Origin: an uncultured virus (IMG/VR IMGVR_UViG_3300037427_003924)
Taxonomy: Duplodnaviria > Heunggongvirae > Uroviricota > Caudoviricetes
Virus record (IMG/VR): IMGVR_UViG_3300037427_003924
DNA: 64,000 nucleotides
Reading direction: 5' to 3' (one strand)
Shown here: piece after piece, positions 10,023 to 18,668 of the stretch
Layout of the letters: each line of letters begins with the position of its first letter
Numbering within the stretch: position 1 is the stretch's first letter
Program-made: the position numbers and the translations under genes
Notes under the pieces: model-generated
Databases searched by the model: none
What the model saw: the letters and a program-made list of their open reading frames with translations, nothing else
Told to the model about the DNA's origin: nothing

Positions 10023-10926
10023 TTGTAAAATTAAAAAGCTGCCCGGCTTTTGATGGCTCCCAGCTTAAAGTGTCTCTTATTTTTTTTGAAGAAATCTTGT
10101 AGCGTAAATCTTGACCAAGACGATTCTCAATAAACTGTATATGGTTTTCGTAGTCAGATATATCAAACCATCCACAAACTTCTTTAACTACTTCTATGTT
10201 ATTAAGATGGTGGTAGGCTGATATATTCCAAATATTATTAATCTGTTCAGAGAAGCAAACTTTGTAGATAGCCGCCGCATTATCCTCTACGTATAACCAG
10301 TCCCTATAGTATAGGCCATCTCCATGCATGGGTATCTTGGATTTTTCTGTAATAGATTTTATTATCCGGGGTATGAGTTTTTCAGGGTATTGTCGCGGCC
10401 CATAATTATTACTGCTTCTTGTTATTTGATAATCTATACCATACGTTCTTCCCCAAGCTAGAACTAACATATCGGCCGCTGCTTTACTGGCCGCGTAAGG
10501 GTTGCTTGGTGTTAATACGTCATCTTCAGTTCTGCCTAATACTTCTGAATCGTAATCTCCATAAACTTCATCCGTACTTACATGCACAAAAAGAGGCCTG
10601 TCATAAGGCTTCCCTCGGAGAAGATTTAGTAAGTTCAATGTTCCCTTAACGTTTGTTTCTACGAAAACATTTGGCGACGCTATAGCGTTATCCACGTGGC
10701 TCTCGGCTGCAAAATTAACTATGATATCGCATAGAGGTAGATGATCTATGTCTTTTATATCTTTTTCAATAAAAGTATAATTAGGGTGGTCATCCCAAGG
10801 AAGAGATCTACTAGCCGCGTAAGTAAGTTTATCAACATCAATAACGCTGTGGCCGTTTTTGAGGCAGAGTTCGACAAAATAACTACCGATAAAACCTCTG
10901 CCACCTGTAACTAGAAAAGTTTTCAT
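10015..10926 (-). CDS. rfbB: dTDP-glucose 4,6-dehydratase
   Basis: VTGGRGFIGS, DKLTYA, FAAESHVD, STDEVYG, PYAASKA, NNYGPRQYPEKLIP, RDWLYVED. Confidence 0.95.
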   Translation of the reverse strand: MKTFLVTGGRGFIGSYFVELCLKNGHSVIDVDKLTYAASRSLPWDDHPNYTFIEKDIKDIDHLPLCDIIVNFAAESHVDNAIASPNVFVETNVKGTLNLLNLLRGKPYDRPLFVHVSTDEVYGDYDSEVLGRTEDDVLTPSNPYAASKAAADMLVLAWGRTYGIDYQITRSSNNYGPRQYPEKLIPRIIKSITEKSKIPMHGDGLYYRDWLYVEDNAAAIYKVCFSEQINNIWNISAYHHLNNIEVVKEVCGWFDISDYENHIQFIENRLGQDLRYKISSKKIRDTLSWEPSKAGQLFNFTNE

Positions 10927-10941
10927 TTGTAATAAATCTTT

Positions 10942-11670
10942 CTACATGTTCCTTTCATGAAACTTGCGCCTAACTTCTTCTTCTTCCTTAGCTTTCCATT
11001 CGTTGGTTTCTTTATTGGTAGACATACCAGCCGGGTTCATGTAATAAAGACCTAGTGGAGCGTTAATTTTTCCAAATTTAGCTCCGTTCTCTAAAAAGCG
11101 CAACCACATATCTAGGTCTCCTGCTGATTTATACTTGTGGCTAAACATGCCACTCTTTTCGTGAAGACTTTTCTTCCAAAGGGGATTATTGTGGGGGGCT
11201 CCTCGGTTTAGAATTGCATCCAAAGAGGCATCAGGTGGAGAAGGGTATACTCCTATAGCTGTGTTATTTTCAAAGGTTTCGTTGGGCGACTGCGTAACTA
11301 AAATGTCTCCATATATTACATCAGCTTTAGAGTTGTCCTCCATTACTTTTAAATGTATCTCTAAGGACTTAACGCTCTTCCGGTCATCAACATTAGCATT
11401 AGTGAGAAACTGTCCTCGAGACATTTCTATCGCAGTGTTCCAGCAAGCGTAAATACCGGGGTCTTTATCTAATCTAGAATAAACAATATTCGGATATTTT
11501 TTTTGATATTCTAGAATAATATCCTTTTCATTATCTGGGGAATTAGCATCTACGATTATTAACTCACACTTTTCTTCAAAGATGGTTTGGTTGACTATGT
11601 CTTCCAAGAAGCCTTTAATATAAGCTCCCCCTTTGTAAAGGGAAGTTATTATAGAAATTTTAGGATTCAT
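10942..11670 (-). CDS. Glycosyltransferase family 2
   Basis: ISIITSLY, IIVDANSPD, GIYACWN, NANVDD, AGDLDMWLR. Confidence 0.88.
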   Translation of the reverse strand: MNPKISIITSLYKGGAYIKGFLEDIVNQTIFEEKCELIIVDANSPDNEKDIILEYQKKYPNIVYSRLDKDPGIYACWNTAIEMSRGQFLTNANVDDRKSVKSLEIHLKVMEDNSKADVIYGDILVTQSPNETFENNTAIGVYPSPPDASLDAILNRGAPHNNPLWKKSLHEKSGMFSHKYKSAGDLDMWLRFLENGAKFGKINAPLGLYYMNPAGMSTNKETNEWKAKEEEEVRRKFHERNM

Positions 11671-12514
11671 TTCTTCTTATTTCACTAATGAAATCAGCAA
11701 AAGTTTCTCTTTTGAGTCTCATTTTGTTTATCAAATCTTTTCCGCTAAGAGTGTACCAATCTTCATAAGAAGCCCCTATTAATTCATTTGTCACCACTTC
11801 CACGTTCATCATTTTAGCTTCAAGTACGAGCCTGCAGCAAGTTTCGGGCGTTGTAGGATGGAATACTAGCTTTGAGTAGCTGGACAACTTATTTAAAAAA
11901 GATTTATAATCGGGATCTTTAATAATGTCAAAGTTCCACTGTTTATCTTTACAGAATTGAGCTGAAGCTTGGGTGCCTTTTTGGGGGTATGGAGATTCTA
12001 TTACGACGGACCGATCATTTTTCTCCTTATCGCAATGGCTCTCTAGTAGGTCTAGACTCTCTTCAGACCAGAGATTGCCGGAAAAATTGACAGTTTTAAG
12101 TGGGCGCTCAAGATTTCTATCATAAATATCTTTTTGAAATTGAGTCTGGCAGATAATCCTATGAGCGTTCCAGTGAAAATCTACATTAATCAATTCATTT
12201 GGGGAAACGTGAAAATTAGGATAAAGGGCTGGGTTAGTATGCTGGACGAACTTGTAATCGTGACAGTAAAGAATATATTTGCAGTTTTTCTGTATCAGGT
12301 CTCTTAACTCGGGATTAACCCCGAAAAAGTTGGATATTATAAAAAAAGAATCGAGGTTCTCTTGGATGAACCCCTCGTACAGATAGCGACTTTTTATTTT
12401 GTAAACATCAAAGCGTTTCGATAAGAGCTTGAATATCTCCTCGTCGTTTAAAGCTGCGCCACCTACGAAATCATCGATAAAAAAGTCACTAACTAATATA
12501 ATCTTGTCATTCAA
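11660..12514 (-). CDS. Putative GT-B glycosyltransferase
   Basis: GGAALND, HD motif, KG, ETCCRLVLEA (E-x7-E-like). Confidence 0.6.
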   Translation of the reverse strand: MNDKIILVSDFFIDDFVGGAALNDEEIFKLLSKRFDVYKIKSRYLYEGFIQENLDSFFIISNFFGVNPELRDLIQKNCKYILYCHDYKFVQHTNPALYPNFHVSPNELINVDFHWNAHRIICQTQFQKDIYDRNLERPLKTVNFSGNLWSEESLDLLESHCDKEKNDRSVVIESPYPQKGTQASAQFCKDKQWNFDIIKDPDYKSFLNKLSSYSKLVFHPTTPETCCRLVLEAKMMNVEVVTNELIGASYEDWYTLSGKDLINKMRLKRETFADFISEIRRNES

Positions 12515-12851
12515 ATTTACTTGGGTCTTTAGGGTGTTTTTTTCCCTTTCGTCTTTCAGCGTAGTCTTTGAAGTATTGCTGTTGGACGGGGTCTCTCCCT
12601 TCTTTATCTTTCCTTTTCTCAGAAAGCTCTTTGGAGCGATCCCACATTTCTCCTACGTTCTGGACTTTCGCTTTTTCCCTGAAATCTTTAGCTGAATAAG
12701 GGTCTATTTTGGTGTCTATGGAAGCCTGAGGGATAGTGTAAACACGATTATAAGTAATATCATCAACTTGGTAAACGTGCTCTTCATGAATACTCTGCCA
12801 AACAGTTATCTGTTCGCCACTGTCAGGATGTTCATAGATGTATTCAGGCAT
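12507..12851 (-). CDS. FmdB-like small phage protein lacking the zinc-ribbon cysteines
   Basis: MP-x-Y-x-Y N-terminus typical of FmdB-like proteins, but no CxxC. Confidence 0.4.
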   Translation of the reverse strand: MPEYIYEHPDSGEQITVWQSIHEEHVYQVDDITYNRVYTIPQASIDTKIDPYSAKDFREKAKVQNVGEMWDRSKELSEKRKDKEGRDPVQQQYFKDYAERRKGKKHPKDPSKFE

Positions 12852-13932
12852 TAACTATCTTAGTTATTTGGTCGACGGTGTTGCTATAAGGGAACTGTTC
12901 TTGAAGGTTTAATCCTTCAGTGTTTACGGGAGATTCTTTGTATCTTTCCACGGCTTTCTCGCATCCTTCTATAAAAGCATCTTCGTTGAAATCATAAATC
13001 TGGCCTTGGTTGAAGGGGTTTCCTTTTTTAAAGAATATTCCGTCTTCAGAGTCTATTTTTCCACTAGGCTCCACCAAAATAGCATTTTCTGGCGTCGCCC
13101 AATCTTTATAAGAGGTGGTATTAAGTATTACGCCGTGCTTACCCAGCGCTATAGATTGAAATTCAGGCAGCCCCCATCCTTCGGCTCCCGACATTCCTAG
13201 AATTATATTTCCAGAATTTAAGAAGTCGTTGTAAAGGCTATTTTTTTGCATCATTCCTAGAAAATTGATATTAAAGTAGTTTTTACCTTCCAGTATTTGA
13301 CTTATGCGAGCTTTAAATTCGTCCTCTTTCATGAAGGGGTTAGCGATGGCACACTGGAGAACGTAATCTTTATTGTTTCCGTATTTTTTAAGCCAAGCCT
13401 TAATTACTTTAGCGTGATGCTTCCTTTTCTCGAGCTTGCCTGTAATGTTAAAAACTATCTTTCCTTCAAGATATTTTTCATTTTTTACATTAAAATTATA
13501 TTTATCGAATCCGAGTGGCACGTAATGACAATTTTCTAAGCCGTGCTCTTCGAGAATGTTTTTGGCATAATTAGAACTAACAATTAAGTTCTTCTGGTTT
13601 CGCGCTATATTTATTTCGTAGCTGGTAGGGTGATCAAGTTCATAAAAGGTAAATAGTGTTTGATCTTTTCCGTAAGATGTTAAGCTTTCGTGGTTTAGAT
13701 GCCACAGTTTAAAAATAGGAGTATCTCTATTGTACTCTTCAAAAGATTTTTTAATGCAAGACTCTATCCACTTGTTGAAGTCTTCATCTACTTCTTGAGA
13801 GCTTAAATCGGATTGACCTACTGTAAATAAAGAAGGCTGCACGCCCCTCTGGTGAAATTCACGCAGAAGGGCTGTGCTAACCTGACCAAAACTTACACCG
13901 TTAAGTGGTAGATGTAAGGCGAAGTCGGACAT
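12844..13932 (-). CDS. Glycosyltransferase family 4-like
   Basis: VPLG-x-D, GK-x-E-x-RK, AEGWGLPEFQSIALG. Confidence 0.8.
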   Translation of the reverse strand: MSDFALHLPLNGVSFGQVSTALLREFHQRGVQPSLFTVGQSDLSSQEVDEDFNKWIESCIKKSFEEYNRDTPIFKLWHLNHESLTSYGKDQTLFTFYELDHPTSYEINIARNQKNLIVSSNYAKNILEEHGLENCHYVPLGFDKYNFNVKNEKYLEGKIVFNITGKLEKRKHHAKVIKAWLKKYGNNKDYVLQCAIANPFMKEDEFKARISQILEGKNYFNINFLGMMQKNSLYNDFLNSGNIILGMSGAEGWGLPEFQSIALGKHGVILNTTSYKDWATPENAILVEPSGKIDSEDGIFFKKGNPFNQGQIYDFNEDAFIEGCEKAVERYKESPVNTEGLNLQEQFPYSNTVDQITKIVNA

Positions 13933-14237
13933 TAAAACTCCAGTGATTCGCTAGTGGCACTAGCCTGTGCGGCTGGTGCAGAAGCGTTAGTGTTTTGTTT
14001 GCCCTCTTCGCGGCCCTCGCTCATATACAAGCGAAAATCGGGAGCCTTGTCGTTAGCAACGCTTCCGTCTTCATTGTATTTGTGTTTGTTTTTGAAGACG
14101 ACCAACTGAACCTTACCTGACGCGTCTTTTAATTCGACGTGACCTGTCATGTATTGAGTTCCAGTTAGGCTCTTCTTTACCCATAGAGCACCTAATTCGC
14201 GCTCCTTCCAGTCGTTGTTCTTTTGTTCTTCAGACAT
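13932..14237 (-). CDS. DUF736-like putative single-stranded DNA-binding protein
   Basis: ELGALW-x-K-x-S-x-x-G-x-x-Y-x-x-G, VF-x-N, K-x-PDF; low-complexity tail ending in acidic/aromatic residues. Confidence 0.55.
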   Translation of the reverse strand: MSEEQKNNDWKERELGALWVKKSLTGTQYMTGHVELKDASGKVQLVVFKNKHKYNEDGSVANDKAPDFRLYMSEGREEGKQNTNASAPAAQASATSESLEF

Positions 14238-14247
14238 AAGAGTCTTT

Positions 14248-14276
14248 ATATTATAGAGGGCGGGTCACGTTGTCAA
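14248..14276 (-). promoter_or_regulatory. sigma70-type promoter
   Basis: A-tract, TTGACA (14276-14271), 17 bp, TAATAT (TATAAT at 15 bp), just upstream of ATG 14237. Confidence 0.65.
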
Positions 14277-14284
14277 CACTTTTT

Positions 14285-14887
14285 TTAAATAGAATCGAGA
14301 AATTTTTCGCTTCCTATTTTTTTTCTTAATACCGCTAGCCCTCTATTGTGCAGATTGATTGCGGTTTGAGTGCTGATCTCTAAGTTTTGAGCTATTTTAG
14401 CCCACGAGGGTTTTTTGGTGACATTCGAATACCTTAGAGAGAATATTTTTTTTATCCGAGTGTCTCTTAGTTGGGCAAGAATATTACCTGTGAATTCAAA
14501 TAGGTCCTCAGTGGGGGCATCTCCTTCTTTTTCTTTTAAGGCGTCTAGTATTTCGTCCTCTGTGCTTACTAAACGGTCTTTAACTTTTTTATTTATGGAA
14601 TTTAAGCAAAAATATTTAATTTGATTAGCTAGCCACGTCGAAAATTTTACGTTTTTATGAATACTGAAACTTTTTGCTGAATTCCAGATAATTAAATTTT
14701 TATCCATAGAAGTTTCGTTTATGTCGATGTTGTTGGCATAAAAACTACTGGAATATTTTTTTAATATCTTAAAACAGAGGGGGGAGTGCCTCTTGATAAG
14801 CTCAGTGAGGCTTCTTTCGCAGTTATTTAAGCGAATTCTTTCTACTAAATAGTTGTCGCTTACCTTATCCCAGCAGCTTTCTTCCAT
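14285..14887 (-). CDS. Phage-encoded sigma70-family sigma factor
   Basis: Region 2-like LIKRHSPL...SFSIHKNVKFSTWL and region 4-like IFSLRY...SWAKIAQNLEISTQTAINLHNRGL. Confidence 0.8.
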   Translation of the reverse strand: MEESCWDKVSDNYLVERIRLNNCERSLTELIKRHSPLCFKILKKYSSSFYANNIDINETSMDKNLIIWNSAKSFSIHKNVKFSTWLANQIKYFCLNSINKKVKDRLVSTEDEILDALKEKEGDAPTEDLFEFTGNILAQLRDTRIKKIFSLRYSNVTKKPSWAKIAQNLEISTQTAINLHNRGLAVLRKKIGSEKFLDSI

Positions 14888-15303
14888 AATTCTATCTTAA
14901 CCGTAAAGTCCTCGAAAGAACAGTCCTTATCTCTTTCTAAGTCAAGAACATAACGACGATGCCTCTTAAACATACGTGGTAAAATTATAAAGTATTCGAT
15001 CATATCGTCAAAATTATTTTCTAAAAAAATATTTGCATCCCTAAAATCTGTCTCGTTAGGGTCGTCAGATTTAACGGAAGTTTGAATCAAGAAAGCATAA
15101 TTAAGCTCCAAGTTATCAGAGAATAACATACTGTCAAAGCGACATATACTGACGTCATAAGCGTAAACTGCGTCTATTTTGCTGAATTTTAAATGATGAA
15201 ATTGAGATAGATTTTCCGAAGTTAACAAAAGGTTAGCTCCTCTTCCTGAATAAGCTACCATGGGACGGCATTGCTTCTGCGCAATGGAAGAATCTTCAAA
15301 CAT
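14860..15303 (-). CDS. Hypothetical protein
   Basis: 147-aa ORF overlapping both neighbours in the operon. Confidence 0.6.
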   Translation of the reverse strand: MFEDSSIAQKQCRPMVAYSGRGANLLLTSENLSQFHHLKFSKIDAVYAYDVSICRFDSMLFSDNLELNYAFLIQTSVKSDDPNETDFRDANIFLENNFDDMIEYFIILPRMFKRHRRYVLDLERDKDCSFEDFTVKIELWKKAAGIR

Positions 15304-15889
15304 ATAACTTCTTTACCCATTTTAATAATTTTTGGGCTGAAATTATTTTTTTTACGTCTTCTTTCTCTGTTCTCCAGTTCAGTTTAAAGTCAGCGACCTC
15401 CTTTACTAAGGGGTCGTTAATCGTTTCCGTATCGTTTGCTGGGGGCATGTAAATACGCTTCCCTCCCACTTCATCATACCGAGAAACGTGAATCAAAACC
15501 CCGTTTATTTCTTCTTTTAACCAAAAAACTTCATCTTTCTCGTATTTGTTAAATCTGATGTCAGTTATAATATTTATTTTTTCGGGGGCTAATTCTTTAG
15601 ATATTTGATCTATCCAGTGTCTACCGTTTGATAAATCTCTTTTTATTTCTCCATGAGATACGAGAAAAGGCCGTATCGTATTCTTTTCGTCCCGGGTACA
15701 GTCAGTAGAATCTATTCCATAAAGTTCACGGGAAACGCATGATACTTCCTTTTTTAAGTTCTTAGCAATTGAAAGCTCCCTGTACGGGAGCTCCATTCTT
15801 TGCAATAATTTAATTATTATCTCAGCAACCGTATTCTTCCCACAACCGGCTACTCCCCCTATTCCTATGTTCTTAAACTTGTAGTTCAT
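15296..15889 (-). CDS. Deoxynucleoside monophosphate kinase
   Basis: P-loop GVAGCGKNT, R-x-x-L, ITDIRF motif of phage dNMP kinases. Confidence 0.8.
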   Translation of the reverse strand: MNYKFKNIGIGGVAGCGKNTVAEIIIKLLQRMELPYRELSIAKNLKKEVSCVSRELYGIDSTDCTRDEKNTIRPFLVSHGEIKRDLSNGRHWIDQISKELAPEKINIITDIRFNKYEKDEVFWLKEEINGVLIHVSRYDEVGGKRIYMPPANDTETINDPLVKEVADFKLNWRTEKEDVKKIISAQKLLKWVKKLYV

Positions 15890-15909
15890 TTAAATTAAAT
15901 TTATTAATA

Positions 15910-16200
15910 AAATATTATATAAACTTTTCCCTAGAAAGTCGAAGTGAAACGGAGACTTTCCCCGTATTTGGAGGTTAACCAAAACATCGGCAATCTTTCT
16001 TCCTTTTCCCTGAGAATACTCCCCGGCTAGTCTTTTTCGGGTGTGTGGTAGTTTCCACCCATATGACATCACCTTTACTACCCGCCCAATAAATTTAGTT
16101 TATCGGTTCCCCCACTTGCAAGTCTCCGACAGCAGCGGTGGGCACAATAGATTGCGGACCTGTCTACCTTTTTTATGTAACAAGACAGAAATGCTACAAA
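15910..16200 (-). ncRNA. Candidate structured RNA or long 5' leader
   Basis: Non-coding stretch downstream of a leftward promoter, with nested inverted repeats (see findings); family not recognised. Confidence 0.35.
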
Positions 16201-16203
16201 AAG

Positions 16204-16233
16204 AGTTTTAAGTTCCGCGGGGCACGATGTCAA
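16204..16233 (-). promoter_or_regulatory. Leftward sigma70-type promoter
   Basis: A-tract, TTGACA (16233-16228), 17 bp, TAAAAC. Confidence 0.55.
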
Positions 16234-16300
16234 CTTTTTTAATAAAGATTTTTGAAAAAAACAAAGAGGAACCCCTTTTCGGGAAAAAATCCGTTTTTTC

Positions 16301-16328
16301 TTGACTAGGTGCCCCTTTGATGAAAACT
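16301..16328 (+). promoter_or_regulatory. Rightward sigma70-type promoter (weak -10)
   Basis: TTGACT at 16301-16306; spacer begins aggtgcccc like the leftward promoter; AAAACT at 16 bp. Confidence 0.4.
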
Positions 16329-16334
16329 CAACGC

Positions 16335-16745
16335 ATGCGCCTTTCATGGGAAGAGTACGCCTTGAACATCGCCGCCACAGCAGCGGAGAGAAGTGAGGAT
16401 ATCTACCAAAAGGTAGGGGCGTGTGCCTTGAACGAAAAGAACATGGTTATAGCTATTGGCTATAACGGACTTGCGCCGGGAAAAAATGTCTCCTACGGTT
16501 TCATGAAAAACCGAAATCACCGCCGCCCATTTATGATTCACGCAGAGGTTAACTGTTTAAGCTTAATAAAACGAGGAGAAGCTAAAATGCTTGCCTCCAC
16601 CCTGCTGCCATGTTCTTCTTGCGCCACTGCGATAGCCGCCTACGGAATCGAGAAGGTGATTTACAAAGAAATCTACAAAAGAGATAAAAGCGCTTTAGAA
16701 ATTTTTGAATTCTACCAAATAAAATGCATCCAGTATGGAAATTAA
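16335..16745 (+). CDS. dCMP deaminase
   Basis: W-x-EY, RS-x-D...VGAC, GYNG, HAEVN and PCSSC zinc motifs. Confidence 0.92.
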   Translation: MRLSWEEYALNIAATAAERSEDIYQKVGACALNEKNMVIAIGYNGLAPGKNVSYGFMKNRNHRRPFMIHAEVNCLSLIKRGEAKMLASTLLPCSSCATAIAAYGIEKVIYKEIYKRDKSALEIFEFYQIKCIQYGN

Positions 16746-17208
16746 ATACAGCAAACTACACCCTGACGGAAAAGAGCCTTTCAGGGCTAACCCCGCTGAC
16801 GCCGGTTACGATTTGTTTTCAACCCAATACGAAACGCTGGAGCCCTTTCAGAGGAAACTCATTTCTACAGGTATAAATATAAAAATACCTGAAGGTTTTT
16901 ATGGCCGCATCGCCCCAAGAAGCGGTTTAGCGTGTAAAAAAGGAATAGATGTAATGGCGGGAGTAATAGATTCTGGCTATCGCGGAGAAATAAAAGTTTT
17001 ATTGATAAACTTGAACTTCGAGAGTTATAATCTAAAACCTAACGCTTTTGAAGCAATGTTTGGATCAGCAAACAAAATAGATATAAAACCGGGCGACAGA
17101 ATAGCTCAATTAATTATTGAGAAATGTCACAGCGCCGACTGGAAAGTCGTTAGTTCTCTCGATGAATCGAAAAGGGGAGAAAAAGGCTTCGGAAGCTCCG
17201 GAAACTAA
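16735..17208 (+). CDS. dut: Trimeric dUTPase
   Basis: AGYDL, IAPRSGLA, GVIDSGYRGEI, GDRIAQL, RGEKGFGSSG. Confidence 0.96.
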   Translation: MEIKYSKLHPDGKEPFRANPADAGYDLFSTQYETLEPFQRKLISTGINIKIPEGFYGRIAPRSGLACKKGIDVMAGVIDSGYRGEIKVLLINLNFESYNLKPNAFEAMFGSANKIDIKPGDRIAQLIIEKCHSADWKVVSSLDESKRGEKGFGSSGN

Positions 17209-17214
17209 CACCCC

Positions 17215-17439
17215 ATGCAAAACACTAATTCTTCCCCCGCGGAAATGATATCATACAACTCCAAAATGGTCGGCACCGACGTGCAAGTAGTACGTTCTCA
17301 AGGCGGTGCCACATGGAGAGGAAAAGTAGAGAAAGTAGTAGATGAGGAATATTTTGAAATATCCAAATTCGAAAACCCACTGGAAACCGAAGTGGTGTCA
17401 ATGTATGATATCCGCTCCCTATCGTACGATACCATCTGA
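17215..17439 (+). CDS. Hypothetical protein (small beta-barrel-like)
   Basis: 74-aa ORF directly after dut; alternating beta-strand pattern. Confidence 0.6.
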   Translation: MQNTNSSPAEMISYNSKMVGTDVQVVRSQGGATWRGKVEKVVDEEYFEISKFENPLETEVVSMYDIRSLSYDTI

Positions 17440-17506
17440 CCCACTTGTCCCATTTTTTTTTGGGTAAAATTGAGTTTTCCCTAAGAAACAGGCCCGTGTC
17501 CCACTT

Positions 17507-17522
17507 TGGCACAACCCTTGCT
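17507..17522 (+). promoter_or_regulatory. sigma54 (RpoN) -24/-12 promoter for hsp20
   Basis: TGGCAC-AACCC-TTGCT; GG and GC separated by exactly 10 nt. Confidence 0.75.
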
Positions 17523-17533
17523 ATAAAGAAGGC

Positions 17534-17902
17534 ATGTACGCACCAACAACGTTTGGAAGGGGCTTGCTAGATTTTGCAACGCCGTTATTCGCTGAAATAG
17601 ACCGCTCGCTATACAAAGACTATCAGAACTCTTTCCTTGAGGAAGATAGTTCTTATATTTTTGAGGTAGAAATGCCCGGATTCACAAAAGATGATGTAAA
17701 AGTCCACGTGGATTCTTCCGGACACCTCAACTTACAAGGAAAGACAACAAGACGAGGGAAAGAAGTTAAGTTTGGAGAAACTTATCCCATCCCTGAAAAA
17801 GCCGATCCAGCAACCGCTGAAGCTACCCTGAAAGACGGGATATTTAGGCTACTGTTTAAAAAGAAAAATAAACACAAACCCAAAGAAATCACAATTAAGT
17901 AA
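17534..17902 (+). CDS. Small heat-shock protein (Hsp20/alpha-crystallin)
   Basis: EMPGF-x-K-x-DVKV, L-x-L-x-G, A-x-LKDGIF-x-L, terminal ITIK (IxI). Confidence 0.9.
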   Translation: MYAPTTFGRGLLDFATPLFAEIDRSLYKDYQNSFLEEDSSYIFEVEMPGFTKDDVKVHVDSSGHLNLQGKTTRRGKEVKFGETYPIPEKADPATAEATLKDGIFRLLFKKKNKHKPKEITIK

Positions 17903-17914
17903 AGGGTTTTAAAG

Positions 17915-17939
17915 AACCGGGCTTCGGCCCGGTTTTTTT
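17915..17939 (+). terminator. Rho-independent terminator after hsp20
   Basis: aaccgggc-TTCG-gcccggtt hairpin followed by a T run. Confidence 0.9.
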
Positions 17940-17946
17940 GTGTAAT
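17940..17946 (+). promoter_or_regulatory. GTGTAA putative phage late-promoter element
   Basis: GTGTAAT immediately after the terminator, GTGTAA 9 nt before ATG 17955; recurs before many genes. Confidence 0.55.
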
Positions 17947-17954
17947 TATATTAT

Positions 17955-18149
17955 ATGCCTCTTCCAACGCCAAAAAAGGGCCAGCAAAAAGAAGACTTTA
18001 TTAATTCTTGCATGGCTAGCCCAACAATGACCAGCGAATACAAAGACCCAAAACAACGGATGGCTGTGTGCCACTCCCAACATCGAAGGTCTTCAGCATC
18101 AGCAACTTGGAGAGAAATTGAATTTGACAAATTCTTACTTTTAAAATAG
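17955..18149 (+). CDS. Small conserved phage protein
   Basis: MPLPTP...DFINSCM...EY-x-D-x-x-QR-x-AVC pattern seen in phage proteins. Confidence 0.65.
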   Translation: MPLPTPKKGQQKEDFINSCMASPTMTSEYKDPKQRMAVCHSQHRRSSASATWREIEFDKFLLLK

Positions 18150-18160
18150 AATTTTCTTAA

Positions 18161-18352
18161 ATGAGCGAAGATAAAACTATTTCGCATACTTCTTACCAGC
18201 AGGTACTTACGCTACTGAATCAGGTGATAGAAGCTTCTATTTGGGAAGACGCAAAGCTTAAAAGCAAGGACCCTATTAAAAATCCGGGAGAAAGCTTCAC
18301 GACAAATAAATTAAAACTAATAAGAGAGACCTTGGAAAATGAGTCTAAATAA
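18161..18352 (+). CDS. Hypothetical protein
   Basis: 63-aa ORF in operon. Confidence 0.6.
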   Translation: MSEDKTISHTSYQQVLTLLNQVIEASIWEDAKLKSKDPIKNPGESFTTNKLKLIRETLENESK

Positions 18353-18668
18353 AACCCTAAAAAAACTTCTCGCTGAAAAAGAAGAACTTGTTGCCTCCAT
18401 TACTTTATGCTGTAAAAGCGTTGAGTTTTGGGAAAAAAGAGCAGATATAATCTTTGAAAAGATAGATGAGGCCGATGAAGAGTTTGGGTTTGAGGATGAT
18501 TTTGATACGGAGAAGAAAAATACTCGCCTTATGCAGGAGTCTGCCCGACTTGTGAGCCGTATAGCTTTTGAAAATAATCAGCTAGATATGCTAGAGGTTC
18601 AAATTTTAGATCTAGAAGAAAAAATAGTAAAATCTTTAGCCCAGTATGCCAAGAAACAAAAAAAATAA
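18339..18668 (+). CDS. Hypothetical coiled-coil protein
   Basis: 109-aa ORF, heptad-like and charged. Confidence 0.6.
   Translation: MSLNKTLKKLLAEKEELVASITLCCKSVEFWEKRADIIFEKIDEADEEFGFEDDFDTEKKNTRLMQESARLVSRIAFENNQLDMLEVQILDLEEKIVKSLAQYAKKQKK

Noticed and set aside
15910..16200. RNase P, tmRNA, tRNA or group I intron identity for the intergenic region
   Set aside because: Only a partial GGAAAGUC resemblance; no complete diagnostic elements or cloverleaf found by eye
15890..16347. Track ORFs 15890-16072 and 16078-16347
   Set aside because: Non-ATG starts, atypical composition, and they overlap promoters and the stem-rich region
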